Assembly (NCBI GenBank): GCA_016180195.1
Contig: JACPBS010000004.1
Coordinates: 17,485 to 81,484, forward strand
Length of the DNA: 64,000 nucleotides
Source of the DNA: Candidatus Woesearchaeota archaeon
Lineage (GTDB): Archaea > Nanobdellota > Nanobdellia > Woesearchaeales > UBA10216
Direction: 5' to 3'
Shown here: piece after piece, positions 34,628 through 44,462 of the stretch
How the letters are laid out: each line of letters begins with the position of its first letter
How positions within the stretch are numbered: the first letter of the stretch is position 1
Position numbers and translations under genes: made by a program
The notes under the pieces: model-generated
Databases searched by the model: none
Seen by the model: only the letters and a program-made list of their open reading frames with translations
What the model was told of the DNA's origin: nothing

Positions 34628-35203
34628 ATGAAGCCAAAGATAGGTGTCATGGGGTCTGCGGTAGAAAAGGGAACGGGCGGAAAGATCACTAGCTCGGTGA
34701 AGAAGCTTAGCTATCAGGTTGGCAGGGAAATCGCAAGGCATAACTGCATTCTTGTTAATGGCGCTTGCCAAGGTATTCCTTATGATGCGTCCCGCGGGGC
34801 AAAGGATAATGATGGATTCGTGATCGGGATTTCTCCAGCAGGCAATCTTGAGGAGCATGTTAGGAGATACAAGTTTCCAACAGAGTGCTATGATGTCATC
34901 ATTTTCACTGGTTTTGGTTTCAAGGGGAGGAACGTCGTTAATGTTACTAATTGCGATGCTGTCATCATCATTTCGGGCCGCGTCGGGACCCTTAATGAGT
35001 TCACGATAGCGTATGATGAGGGCCAGATAATCGGGGTTTTGACTGGCTCAGGCGGGATTGCTGATCACATAAAGCAGATGATAAGGATTATGAACAAGAA
35101 AACCGGGGCGTGCGTTATCTTCGACAGGGATGCTCACAGCCTGGTGAAGAGGCTTCTTAGGGAGATTGCGAAGCGAAATAAAGTGATTAATCTCAGGGTA
35201 TAG
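34628..35203 (+). CDS. LOG/SLOG-family Rossmann-fold nucleotide-binding protein (TIGR00725-like)
   Basis: 191 aa. Has IGVMGSA...GACQGIPYDASRGA...GISP...FGFKGRN...ISGRVGTLNEF, a LOG-like PGGxGTxxE motif. Confidence 0.55.
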   Translation: MKPKIGVMGSAVEKGTGGKITSSVKKLSYQVGREIARHNCILVNGACQGIPYDASRGAKDNDGFVIGISPAGNLEEHVRRYKFPTECYDVIIFTGFGFKGRNVVNVTNCDAVIIISGRVGTLNEFTIAYDEGQIIGVLTGSGGIADHIKQMIRIMNKKTGACVIFDRDAHSLVKRLLREIAKRNKVINLRV

Positions 35204-35235
35204 CAACATTTATATTTGCTTTTCTTCTTTTTATT

Positions 35236-36084
35236 GTGATGGACTTTCCCGGAATTCTTGAGAAAAAGGCCGAGGATTGCGGCAACATAATATGCCTCGG
35301 AATGGACCCTGTGATTGAACGAATTCCCGTTGAGGAGAAAAGCATTCAAAGGAAAATAGTTAAGTTCTATTCGGGTATTGTTTCTGCTGCTTTGGCAGAG
35401 AATGTAAGGCCTGCTGCGGTGAAGCCGAACTATGCATTCTTTGCACAGTACGGATTCCCCGGGCTGCGTGCTCTGAAAAGCGTCATAAGGCTTTGCGCCA
35501 GGAATAAGCTGTTAGTCATTCTTGACGCAAAGAGGGGTGATGTTGGCAGCACCAGCCAGGCTTATGCGCGTGAGGTTTTTGGGTTCTGGAAGGCTGATGC
35601 GGTTACTGTTTCCCCCTACATGGGCTTTGACAGCGTTGAGCCTTTCCTTGCTTACTGCAATAAAGGAAAAGGTGTTTATGTTCTTGTGAAGACCTCGAAC
35701 AAGGGCTCGTTCGATTTCCAATCCCTCGATTGTGGGGGCAGCAACTTGTTCATGAGGGTTTCAAGGAAGATTATCGAGTGGCATCGTGATGGCATTTGCG
35801 CGGTTGCTGGTGCTACAAGCTTAACTGAGCTTTCTGATGTATGCGGATTTTTCGCCGGATCCGGGAAGAAAATACCTCTGCTCATTCCAGGCGTTGGCGC
35901 TCAGGGAGGCTCTGCGCGGGACGTTGTTGCTGCATTGAAGTCTTCAGGTAGCAGCATCGGCATGCACAGGATCAACAGCAGCAGCTCAGTCAACTATGCT
36001 TATGAGAAGGAAGGCTCGTCAGACTTTGCAGGCGCTGCCGCGAGGGAATTGAAGAGCCTGGTCGGTGAAACCCGTGGCTTTTAA
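35236..36084 (+). CDS. pyrF: Orotidine 5'-phosphate decarboxylase (type 2, long form)
   Basis: 282 aa. Conserved LDAKRGDVGST and lysine/aspartate triad context. Confidence 0.8.
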   Translation: MMDFPGILEKKAEDCGNIICLGMDPVIERIPVEEKSIQRKIVKFYSGIVSAALAENVRPAAVKPNYAFFAQYGFPGLRALKSVIRLCARNKLLVILDAKRGDVGSTSQAYAREVFGFWKADAVTVSPYMGFDSVEPFLAYCNKGKGVYVLVKTSNKGSFDFQSLDCGGSNLFMRVSRKIIEWHRDGICAVAGATSLTELSDVCGFFAGSGKKIPLLIPGVGAQGGSARDVVAALKSSGSSIGMHRINSSSSVNYAYEKEGSSDFAGAAARELKSLVGETRGF

Positions 36085-36316
36085 TGTTATATCTGGAAAA
36101 ATCGTATTTGTTCTTGGCCTGGCCAATATTCTCGGCATTTTTTTGGTATTTTTTTCGTGCAGGTGCCTGGTCGGGGCGGGGATGTTCAGCAGGCTTATGG
36201 AGAATAGGTGGTACAGGGGCTTTTATTCAAAGCATTGCCTTTTTTGGTGGATTTTCCTTCTGAGCGTTGCCGCTCACGCCATTTTGTCTTTTTATGTTTT
36301 CGGGTTTCCTTTTTAG
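36065..36316 (+). CDS. Candidate small membrane protein (2 TM)
   Basis: 83 aa, hydrophobic. Overlaps pyrF end and purA leader. Weak. Confidence 0.25.
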   Translation: MKPVAFNVISGKIVFVLGLANILGIFLVFFSCRCLVGAGMFSRLMENRWYRGFYSKHCLFWWIFLLSVAAHAILSFYVFGFPF

Positions 36317-36353
36317 GGAAAGAAATATAAAAGGCCCCCTGATTTTCAGGTTG

Positions 36354-37670
36354 ATGAACAGGGTCGTGATAGGCGCATATTGGGGGGATGAGGGAAAGGG
36401 CAAGATTGTTGACCTGCTTGCTTCTGATTCTGATTGGGTTGTGAGGTTTAACGGCGGTGATAACGCAGGCCATACAATTTTGGTCAATGGAAGAAAGGTT
36501 GTTCTTCACATACTGCCTTCAGGTGTGCTTCAGGGCAAGAATGCTGCGATAGGCCCTGACGTGTTCTTTAACCCGAAATCTTTTTTTGCGGATATCAAAG
36601 AGGTTGAGAGCAAAGGCTTCAGGCTGGCTGGCAGGGTTGTTGTGGATGATCGGGCTCATGTGATAATGCCTTACCATATTGCTCTTGACATGAGCCATGA
36701 GAATTCAGGAAGAAGGATCGGAACTACCGGGAAGGGTATAGGTCCTGTTGCTAAGGACAAGGCCTCTAGGAGGGAGGACATTACAATCCATGATCTTTTA
36801 TTTGACATAGGAAAAATCCGGGAGGTTGTCGCTGCCAAGGAGAATGAGCTTGTAAGGAATGGCATTATCTGCCAGGGTGAAGCAGACGATTATGCTGAGA
36901 GCCTTGTCAGGGAGTATTCCTCTTATGCTTCCCTGTTGAAGCCGTTTGTTGGTAATGTCATGTACATTCTTAATAACGCATTGGCAACAGGCCAATCCAT
37001 CCTTGTTGAGGCTGCCCAGGGCACTCTTCTTGACATAGTGCATGGCACAAGGCCTTTTGTGACGAGCTCTAACACAACATCAGGCGGTGCGTTTGCGAAT
37101 CTTGGCCTTAATCCGAAGCTGTTCAGGATAATTGGCATCGTAAAGGCTTATCCCACAAGGGTTGGTGAGGGCCTTTTTCCTACAGAGATGGATGATGAGT
37201 TTGGAAAGCAGGTTCAGATGGACGGGTTTGAGTTTGGGGCGACAACAGGCAGGGTGAGGCGCATTGGGATGCCTGATTTTGTGGCTCTTAGTTATTCTGC
37301 TGCTGTCAATGGCGTTGACGAATGGGTTGTTACTAAGCTTGATGTTCTTGCAGGAAAGGAGTTCACCGCCGCAGTTTCTTATGAGAAGGATGGGCAGGTC
37401 TCATCAGAATTCCCTTCGAGGCTTGATGGGTGGAAGCCTGTTTATAACGGGAGGACATATTACTTTGATAAGTTCTCAGAGGACCAGGCAATGGCCATGG
37501 TCGAGATGGGTTTTGATGCGCTTCCTGACGGCATCAAGGATTTCCTCAAGGACCTCGTAATGCATACAAGGGTTCCTGTAAGCATGGTGAGCCTTGGGCC
37601 TGAGAGGGGTGTTACAGTCATTAAGAATGTTCTTGAACGCACAAAAGGCTGGCTTGATGGACCTCGTTAA
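36354..37670 (+). CDS. purA: Adenylosuccinate synthetase
   Basis: Internal ATG 36354 gives MNRVVIGAYWGDEGKGKIVD (P-loop GDEGKGK). GTP-binding TTGKGIGP and substrate loop GATTGRVRR. Confidence 0.85.
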   Translation: MNRVVIGAYWGDEGKGKIVDLLASDSDWVVRFNGGDNAGHTILVNGRKVVLHILPSGVLQGKNAAIGPDVFFNPKSFFADIKEVESKGFRLAGRVVVDDRAHVIMPYHIALDMSHENSGRRIGTTGKGIGPVAKDKASRREDITIHDLLFDIGKIREVVAAKENELVRNGIICQGEADDYAESLVREYSSYASLLKPFVGNVMYILNNALATGQSILVEAAQGTLLDIVHGTRPFVTSSNTTSGGAFANLGLNPKLFRIIGIVKAYPTRVGEGLFPTEMDDEFGKQVQMDGFEFGATTGRVRRIGMPDFVALSYSAAVNGVDEWVVTKLDVLAGKEFTAAVSYEKDGQVSSEFPSRLDGWKPVYNGRTYYFDKFSEDQAMAMVEMGFDALPDGIKDFLKDLVMHTRVPVSMVSLGPERGVTVIKNVLERTKGWLDGPR

Positions 37671-38268
37671 GATTGAAAATGTGATTATCAGCGTTTACGA
37701 TAAGCGCGGGGTATCTGAGCTAGCTAAGGAGCTTGTGAGGATTAATCCTTCGATAACCATAATAAGCAGCGGCGGGACTTTCAGGGAACTGCAAAAATCT
37801 GTTGCTTCAAACCTTGTTGATGTTTCCGAATACACTGGTTTCCCTGAGATGCCGGGAGGCCTCGTAAAGACCCTTCATCCTAAGGTTCATGGCGGCATCC
37901 TTGGCAATGAGGAGCAGGTGCAATACATGTCAATGCATGGCATTAAGAAGATTGACCTGGTTGTTGTTAACCTTTATCCTTTCAGGGCAGCTTCTGAAAA
38001 AGGAAGCTTTGAGGAGGCAAGGACAAACATAGACATTGGCGGAGTAAGCCTTATCGAGGCTGCATGCAAGAACTTCCTTAGGGTTGCTGTCATTTCTGAT
38101 CATTGCGATTATGATGAGTTTTTGGATGAGCTAAAGCAGCTTAACGGCTGCTCGGGGCTGTCAACAAGGTTAAAACTTGCAAAGAAGGCAATTTCCCGCC
38201 TATCTGATTACCTTTCCAATATCAGCATTTATTTTCAGAAACTGAACATTGAAGAAGTAAAAAAATGA
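37657..38268 (+). CDS. purH: PurH N-terminal half: IMP cyclohydrolase (MGS-like) domain as separate ORF
   Basis: Internal ATG 37657 gives MDLVKIENVIISVYDKRGVSELAKELV...ISSGGT...LVKTLHPKVHGGIL, the IMPCH domain. Stop overlaps the next ORF start (ATGA). Confidence 0.7.
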   Translation: MDLVKIENVIISVYDKRGVSELAKELVRINPSITIISSGGTFRELQKSVASNLVDVSEYTGFPEMPGGLVKTLHPKVHGGILGNEEQVQYMSMHGIKKIDLVVVNLYPFRAASEKGSFEEARTNIDIGGVSLIEAACKNFLRVAVISDHCDYDEFLDELKQLNGCSGLSTRLKLAKKAISRLSDYLSNISIYFQKLNIEEVKK

Positions 38269-39500
38269 ACAAGGACTACAAGAAATCATACAAGACGATA
38301 GTTACAGACCATTTCCCGGAGACATTGAAGGTTTCTCTTGGAGGGAGGGAAATAACTTACAGGAAGAAATTGTGGAATTTAGGTAATGAAACTGTCGGGC
38401 TGAGGTATGGTGAGAATCCTGGCCAGGAGGCTGCTTTGTATGAGGCTGAGAATGCCAGTCTTGTTCTTGGCGAGTGCACTTATGTTTATGGGGATCCCCT
38501 TGTTAGCGGGATTTCAGAATCGGATATTCTTCAGGTTGGCAAGCATCCCAGCATGAACAACCTTACTGATGTTGATGCTGCCCTGAATATTTTGAGGTAT
38601 TTTGACAGGCCGACCGCGGTCATAATAAAGCACAACAACCCGAGCGGCGTTGCTTCGAGGGAGAGCATTGCTGATGCCTACACTGAAGCGAATCTTTGCG
38701 ATTCAATTGCTGCTTTCGGCGGGGTTGCTGTTTTCAACAGGGATGTTGACCGCGAAACCGCTTTAAGGATAGAGAAGAATTATCTGGAGGTTGTTTGCGC
38801 TCCTGGTTTTGACGAGGATGCACTTGAACTACTAAAGCAGAAAAAAAACCTGAGAATCATAAGGATAGGTAACATTGCAAACCTGAAGAAATTCTCAAGG
38901 TTTATTGATTTCAGGCCTTTGATGGATGGTGGATTGATACTTCAGCAATCGCTTCTTAATACAGTAAAAAGCACGAGTGATTTGGCGGTTGCCACTTCAA
39001 CCTTTGAAGGCAAGGAACACGCAATAAAAAGAAAGCCTGATGAAGCAGAGTATCGAGATCTGATTTTCGCTTGGAGGGTGCAGCAGGGGGTCACCAGCAA
39101 TTCTGTTATCTTTGTGAAGGATGAGTCAACCGTCGCAATAGGCACTGGAGAGCAGGACCGTGTTGGTGTTGCCAAGATTGCTGCTTTCAAGGCTTATGAG
39201 AAGTATGCTGCACGCCTGTCATTAGAAAAGTATGCAACCCCTTATTGGCTGCTTGATTCTGCTGAAAAGAAAAGTCTTATCGACAAGGAGGTTGAAAATG
39301 CTAAGGGCAACATATCAGGATCTGTCATGTCATCAGATGGCTTTTTCCCGTTTGCAGATACAGTTGAGGTTGCCGCAAGATACGGTGTCACAGCTATTGT
39401 TCAGCCCGGCGGATCCCTGAGGGATCATGAGAGCATTGAGGCCTGCAACAACCACAATATCAGTATGGTATTCACTGGCCAGAGGGCTTTCAAGCATTAG
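38265..39500 (+). CDS. purH: PurH C-terminal half: AICAR formyltransferase domain as separate ORF
   Basis: 411 aa. AICARFT blocks (GLRYGENPGQ, IKHNNPSG, SDGFFPF). Confidence 0.8.
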   Translation: MNKDYKKSYKTIVTDHFPETLKVSLGGREITYRKKLWNLGNETVGLRYGENPGQEAALYEAENASLVLGECTYVYGDPLVSGISESDILQVGKHPSMNNLTDVDAALNILRYFDRPTAVIIKHNNPSGVASRESIADAYTEANLCDSIAAFGGVAVFNRDVDRETALRIEKNYLEVVCAPGFDEDALELLKQKKNLRIIRIGNIANLKKFSRFIDFRPLMDGGLILQQSLLNTVKSTSDLAVATSTFEGKEHAIKRKPDEAEYRDLIFAWRVQQGVTSNSVIFVKDESTVAIGTGEQDRVGVAKIAAFKAYEKYAARLSLEKYATPYWLLDSAEKKSLIDKEVENAKGNISGSVMSSDGFFPFADTVEVAARYGVTAIVQPGGSLRDHESIEACNNHNISMVFTGQRAFKH

Positions 39501-39530
39501 CTACAATGAATTTCGCGGTTCAAATCCTCG

Positions 39531-39572
39531 ACCTTTAGGGCAAGGATAGCTCCGAGCGGCGGATTTTGTTAC
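39531..39572 (-). repeat. Family B repeat fragment (inverted), abutting HepT stop codon
   Basis: Reverse complement gtaacaaaatccgccgctcggagctatcct matches 23873-23903. Followed by a CCTAAAGG hairpin. Also contains the T-loop-like string GGTTCAAATCC (39517-39527). Confidence 0.65.
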
Positions 39573-39844
39573 TTTCTCCTTTCCAAATTCGACAATACCT
39601 TTTTTAGTTTCTGCTTCAGGTTTGGAATTTCTTTTTTAATCGCTGCCCAAACAAGATCATAGTCAGTTCCAAAATACGCGTGGATTAACCTGTCTCTCAT
39701 TCCGGACATGGATTTCCATTGGATTTCTTTGTATTGGTTTTTTATTTCTTCAGGCATGTATTTGGCAGCTTCTCCGATTATCTCGAATTTCCTTATAACT
39801 GCACTTGAAGTTTTCTCATCATTCTTCAGCTCCTCAAGGGTCAT
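39569..39844 (-). CDS. HepT-like toxin (DUF86, HEPN superfamily)
   Basis: 91 aa. HEPN R-x4-H-x-Y motif in MRDRLIHAYF. Confidence 0.7.
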   Translation of the reverse strand: MTLEELKNDEKTSSAVIRKFEIIGEAAKYMPEEIKNQYKEIQWKSMSGMRDRLIHAYFGTDYDLVWAAIKKEIPNLKQKLKKVLSNLERRK

Positions 39845-39915
39845 TTCTCCAATAAAGCTTTGAATCGAATCAATTGCTTACAAGATGTCCTTTACGAAAA
39901 GTTTAGAATCCCTTT

Positions 39916-40228
39916 TCATATCATGATAACCCCTTTGGTGATGCTATCTTTTAATTCAGGCCTTATTCCTCTTTCCGAAACGACATCCACCTTCATTTTT
40001 AGTTTTTCTTCAAGATAATTGCCTAAACCATTAAAATCAAAGAGGGTTGCATCGGTGTTAAACTTAACGAGAATATCTAAATCGCTGTTTTTTTTGTTGG
40101 CCTCTTGCAAAAGATCCGAAGATGCCAAGTTCCTTAACTTTATATCTTTTCTTTAGTTTAGGCATGTTTGATTCCAACGTATTTCGAATTTGTTGTAGAT
40201 TCTTCATTTTCACTGTTTTATCGTACAT
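39916..40228 (-). pseudogene. MNT-type minimal nucleotidyltransferase (antitoxin partner of HepT) disrupted by a frameshift in an A8 homopolymer
   Basis: One frame encodes MYDKTVKMKNLQQIRNTLESNMPKLKKRYKVKELGIFGSFARGQQKK. The adjacent frame continues NSDLDILVKFNTDATLFDFNGLGNYLEEKLKMKVDVVSERG.... The GS-x-ARG and DLD motifs are split across a T8 run at 40088-40095 (A8 on the coding strand). Seven A would give an intact 103-aa MNT. Confidence 0.7.
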
Positions 40229-40240
40229 TACTTGTTATAA

Positions 40241-40405
40241 AAATCTTGCTATGTGTCAAGAACCCGGGCTAAAGCCCAGGGCGTGTTCTTGAGCACACAA
40301 ATCAAGCTTTGCTTGATTGTGCCCATTTGAGCTATGCTCAGATTGGGTCTCAGAAATTGCTCGTCCTTACTGCGCACTAAAGTGCCACAGATTGCGTCGA
40401 GAGCA
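40241..40405 (+). repeat. Hairpin-rich intergenic repeat, family A copy 2
   Basis: Near-identical to 17841-18057 but with a single copy of the 58-bp unit. Lies in the purF upstream region. Confidence 0.85.
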
Positions 40406-40479
40406 CAAATAAACGCTTGGCGTTTATTGTGCAATAAACCGAAGCATTTTCCGCGTTGTATTAGGGGTGTTTTTGATTT

Positions 40480-41890
40480 GTGTGGTATTTTTGCGGTAAT
40501 TGGTAGCAGTCAGGCAGCCGCAGAGCTGTATATTGGCTTGACTCATCTTCAGCATAGGGGTCAGGATGCTGCAGGGATTGCTGCTTCTGACCGCTCAGGC
40601 GGTCTTAGGATTTTCAAGGGCAAGGGGCTTGCCCTGGATATTTTCAGCGAGGAAACAATACGCGATCTGGGCGGGTTTATGGGCATTGCCCATAATCGTT
40701 ACCCGACTGCTGGAGTTGGTGACTCTACCGAATACCAGCCTTTTTCTGATGGCGAGGTTTCAATTGCTTTTAATGGAAATATCATTAATTATCCGAGCTT
40801 GAAATCTGCAATTGAGCAGCAGGGCAGGAAATTCTGTTCTAGCTCTGATGGCGAGCTTCTGCTTTGTATTTTTGCGGACGCTTACAGGAAGGGCGGGTTT
40901 TTCCATGCTGTAAGGGAAGTCCAGGAGAAACTTGTTGGAGGGTATTCTGTTGTGGGTGTTGTTGAGGGGAAGGGGATTTTTGCCTTCAAGGACCCTAATG
41001 GGATAAGGCCATTGATAATGGGTAGACGGGGTGGCCCTGATGTAGGTTATGCTTTCGCTTCTGAAAGCATTGCTTTGTCAGTTGATGGTTATAATAGTTT
41101 GCGCGATTTGAGGAACGGCGAAGCTGTTTTTGTTGGAAGCGATTTGAAGATTGAATCTAAGGTTATTATTGGCAGGGATCATGCCCCTTGCATCTTTGAG
41201 TACGTATATTTTTCCTCTGTTGAGTCTGTTCTCAACGGAATGCCTGTTTATAGTGTGAGGAGAGGGCTTGGAAAGGCTTTGGCTAATAAGGTTAAGGAGC
41301 TTTGGCCTGATATGGGGATTGATGTTGTCATACCTGTTCCTGATACTAGCAGGCCTGCCGCTGTTTCGCTTGCGCAGTCTCTTGGGGTTCCTTATGAGGA
41401 GGGTTTGGTGAAGAACAGGTATATTGGCCGTACTTTTATCATGCCATCGCAGAAGATTAGGGAAAGCGCCCTGAAGGTTAAGCTTAAGCCTATCGAGTCA
41501 GTAATAAGGGGAAAGAACGTGATGGTTGTTGATGATTCCATTGTGAGGGGAACCACTTCAAGAAGGATCGTCAGGCTTCTGAGGGATTTCGGGGCGAGGA
41601 AGGTTTTCCTCCTGAGCACTTTTCCTCCAATAAGGCATCCTTGTGTTTACGGGATTGATTTTACCAATGAGAATGAGCTTATTGCTCATGGAAAAACAAT
41701 TGATGATGTTGAGAGGGAGATTGGTGCTGATAGGCTTGTGTATATGGATCCTGATGCTTTGGGAAGGATCGTTGGAATAAATGGCATCTGCATGGCTTGT
41801 CTTAACGGCATTTATCCCACTTCCATGGATCATGCAAGGGAGATGCAGGAGCAGAGGCTGAAGGATAAGGGGAGGATGGTGGAAGGATGA
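40480..41890 (+). CDS. purF: Amidophosphoribosyltransferase
   Basis: The longest ORF starts at 40334 but runs through the repeat. The TTG at 40480 gives M-CGIFAVIG with the catalytic N-terminal Cys of class II glutamine amidotransferases. PRTase motif VMVVDDSIVRGTT. C-terminal Cys ligands of a 4Fe-4S-type PurF (CMACLNGIYP). Confidence 0.85.
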
Positions 41891-43188
41891 AGGTTCTCTT
41901 GGTCGGTTCCGGGGCCAGGGAGAATGCGATTTCTGATGCCCTTATCGCCGGGCAGGCTGATGTTTTCGCCTTCATGTCCAACAGGAACCCGGGCATTTGC
42001 AGGTACTGCAGGAAATTCGAAATAGGGGATGTAAAGGATGTGCTTTCAATCTGTAAGTTTGCCTTAGCTTCAAAACCTGATTTGGCTGTTATCGGTCCCG
42101 AAGCTCCTTTGGCTGCAGGTGTTGTTGATGAGTTGCATAAGATCGGCGTTAGCTGCTTTGGCCCGACTAGGGAGCTTGCGCAGCTGGAATCCAGCAAATC
42201 ATTCACAAGGTGTCTGCTTGAGAAATACAACATCAATGCAAGCCCGGAATTCAGGATTTTTACAAGGAAAAGTCCTGAAGCTGAGATAAGGTCTTTTTTA
42301 AGGGACCTGGGTGAATATGTGATCAAGCCTGACGGGCTCACGGGTGGCAAGGGTGTTAAGGTTTTTGGCGAGCATATTGATAATGACGATGATGCAGTTG
42401 ATTACTGCAATGAGATCTTTGGCAACAATTCTTCAGTTGTAATTGAGGAGAAGCTTGATGGTGAGGAATTCAGCCTGCAGTCAATTACCGACGGAAAAAC
42501 AGTTATAGACTGTCCTCCTGTTCAGGACCATAAGAGGGCTTTTGATAATGACATCGGGGCAAATACCGGAGGCATGGGCAGTTATGGCTGCGAGGATCAT
42601 CTTCTTCCCTTCCTGAAACGCGAGCACATAGATCACGCACACAATATCACAGTTCAAGTTGCCTCGGCTTTGAAAAAGGAGATCGGCCCTTACAAGGGGG
42701 TGATGTATGGCGGGTTCATCCTCACTAAGAAGGGAGTGAGGCTTATAGAGTACAATGCGAGGTTTGGAGATCCTGAAGCGATGAATGTGATTCCTCTGAT
42801 GAAGACCAACTTCGTGGATGTCTGCAATGCGGTTATCAATTCAGAGCTGCATAAGATTGAATTCAGGAAATTGGCATCTGTTTGCAAGTATGTTGTTCCT
42901 GAAGGCTATCCGGAAAATCCAAGACCTGGAAGGATTGAAGTTCCGGCAAGCGCGCCTGCCTTAACATTCTACGCTGCCGTTGATGAGAAGGCAGATGGCA
43001 TTTATGCCACGAAGTCAAGGGCAGTTGGATTTGTCGGCATGGCGCCGGGCATTGAGGAGGCTGAACGCATCGCTGAGCAGGCTGCTTCAAGGGTAAAAGG
43101 ATTCGTTTTCCACAGAAAGGATATCGGAACAAGAGCGCTGCTGCAGAAAAGGATTGCGCATATGAAAGGCATTATGGAGGGAAAATGA
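41887..43188 (+). CDS. purD: Phosphoribosylamine-glycine ligase
   Basis: 433 aa. ATP-grasp fold with GARS N-terminal, ATP-grasp and C-terminal domains. Confidence 0.9.
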   Translation: MKVLLVGSGARENAISDALIAGQADVFAFMSNRNPGICRYCRKFEIGDVKDVLSICKFALASKPDLAVIGPEAPLAAGVVDELHKIGVSCFGPTRELAQLESSKSFTRCLLEKYNINASPEFRIFTRKSPEAEIRSFLRDLGEYVIKPDGLTGGKGVKVFGEHIDNDDDAVDYCNEIFGNNSSVVIEEKLDGEEFSLQSITDGKTVIDCPPVQDHKRAFDNDIGANTGGMGSYGCEDHLLPFLKREHIDHAHNITVQVASALKKEIGPYKGVMYGGFILTKKGVRLIEYNARFGDPEAMNVIPLMKTNFVDVCNAVINSELHKIEFRKLASVCKYVVPEGYPENPRPGRIEVPASAPALTFYAAVDEKADGIYATKSRAVGFVGMAPGIEEAERIAEQAASRVKGFVFHRKDIGTRALLQKRIAHMKGIMEGK

Positions 43189-44462
43189 GAAGGGATGAGC
43201 TTTTTGGTCCTCTTAACGATAAGTCTGCAAAGATCATGCTGTTGGGCTCTGGTGAGCTTGGGAAGGAGATCATCATCGAGGCAATGAGGCTGGGAATTGA
43301 GACTATTGCCGTTGACCGGTATGAAAACGCTCCGGGTCAGCAGGTTGCCCACAGGGCTTATACTGGAAACATGAAGGATCCCTTGTTTCTAAAGGGGATT
43401 GTTGAAAAGGAGAAGCCTGATGCAATTATTCCTGAGATTGAGGCGATTAATCTTGACGTGCTTTTTGAGCTGGAGAAATGTGGATTTAACGTTATTCCAA
43501 ACGCAGCTGCAACGCACGCAGCGATGCAGAGGGAAAGGATAAGGGAGCTTATCTCGAAAAAAGCAGGTGTTCCGACTTCGAAATACCTTTACGCAGACAC
43601 ACTTGATGAGTTGAAGGATGCCTGCGAAAAGTTAGGCTATCCGTGCTGGGTCAAGGCCATCATGTCTTCTTCCGGCCAGGGGTCGATGTTTGTTGAAAGT
43701 GAAGCTGATATAAAGAAGGCTTTTGATAATTCAAGGGCCAGGGCAAGGGGCTCGGGTGAAAGGATGATTGTTGAGGAACATATTCCTTTTGACATAGAGG
43801 TTACTGAGCTTGCAGTGAGGCATTATGATGGGAACGGGCACATCGTAACATCTTTTCCCAAGCCGGTTGGCCATTACCAGATTGATGGGGATTATCATTC
43901 AAGCTGGCAATGTGCCGAGGTTAGCGAGAGCGTTGAGAGGGAGATCTACAGGACTGCCGAGAAGATAACTTCTGCTTTGGGTGGTGTGGGCCTTTTCGGG
44001 TGTGAGCTTTTTGTGAAGGATGGCAAGGTTTATGGCAACGAGTGCTCTCCACGGCCTCATGACACGGGCATGGTTACCCTTGCAACCCATCAGGCAACTT
44101 TGTCAGAGTGTGGATTGCACGTGAGGGCTGTTTGCGGGCTTCCTGTTCCCAGCGTGAAGCAATCGGGATTTAATGTTATTTTGCCTGTGAAGAACGGGGC
44201 GTCTCATGTTATTTTGTCTCCGTGCGAGGGCAGCCATCCTGTGATGAGGAACCTTTGGCAGGCTTTGGGGAATGATGTGTCTTTTTTTGCTTTTGGCAAG
44301 CCTGATGCTCATTTTGGCAGGAGGATGGGGCTTGTTGTTGCTTTGGATGATGATGTGGGGAAGGCGAAGGTGAAGGCTGAGAGGGCTGCCCATATGATTG
44401 AAATGAGGACTTCGCAGCAGGGCTGGGCTGGGCAGCATGACAGGAAGTTCCACCTGCTATGA
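43185..44462 (+). CDS. purT: Formate-dependent phosphoribosylglycinamide formyltransferase (PurT, ATP-grasp)
   Basis: 425 aa. N-terminus KIMLLGSGELGKEIIIEAMRLGIETIAVDRYENAPGQQVAHRAY closely follows the PurT consensus. Confidence 0.8.
   Translation: MRRDELFGPLNDKSAKIMLLGSGELGKEIIIEAMRLGIETIAVDRYENAPGQQVAHRAYTGNMKDPLFLKGIVEKEKPDAIIPEIEAINLDVLFELEKCGFNVIPNAAATHAAMQRERIRELISKKAGVPTSKYLYADTLDELKDACEKLGYPCWVKAIMSSSGQGSMFVESEADIKKAFDNSRARARGSGERMIVEEHIPFDIEVTELAVRHYDGNGHIVTSFPKPVGHYQIDGDYHSSWQCAEVSESVEREIYRTAEKITSALGGVGLFGCELFVKDGKVYGNECSPRPHDTGMVTLATHQATLSECGLHVRAVCGLPVPSVKQSGFNVILPVKNGASHVILSPCEGSHPVMRNLWQALGNDVSFFAFGKPDAHFGRRMGLVVALDDDVGKAKVKAERAAHMIEMRTSQQGWAGQHDRKFHLL

Noticed and set aside
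39505-39540. String GGTTCAAATCC (39517-39527) identical to a tRNA T-arm consensus, suggesting a tRNA downstream of purH
   Set aside because: No acceptor stem, D-arm or anticodon arm can be built around it. The 5' side is purH coding sequence. The string is part of repeat B3 and a neighbouring hairpin, so it is at most tRNA-like debris.
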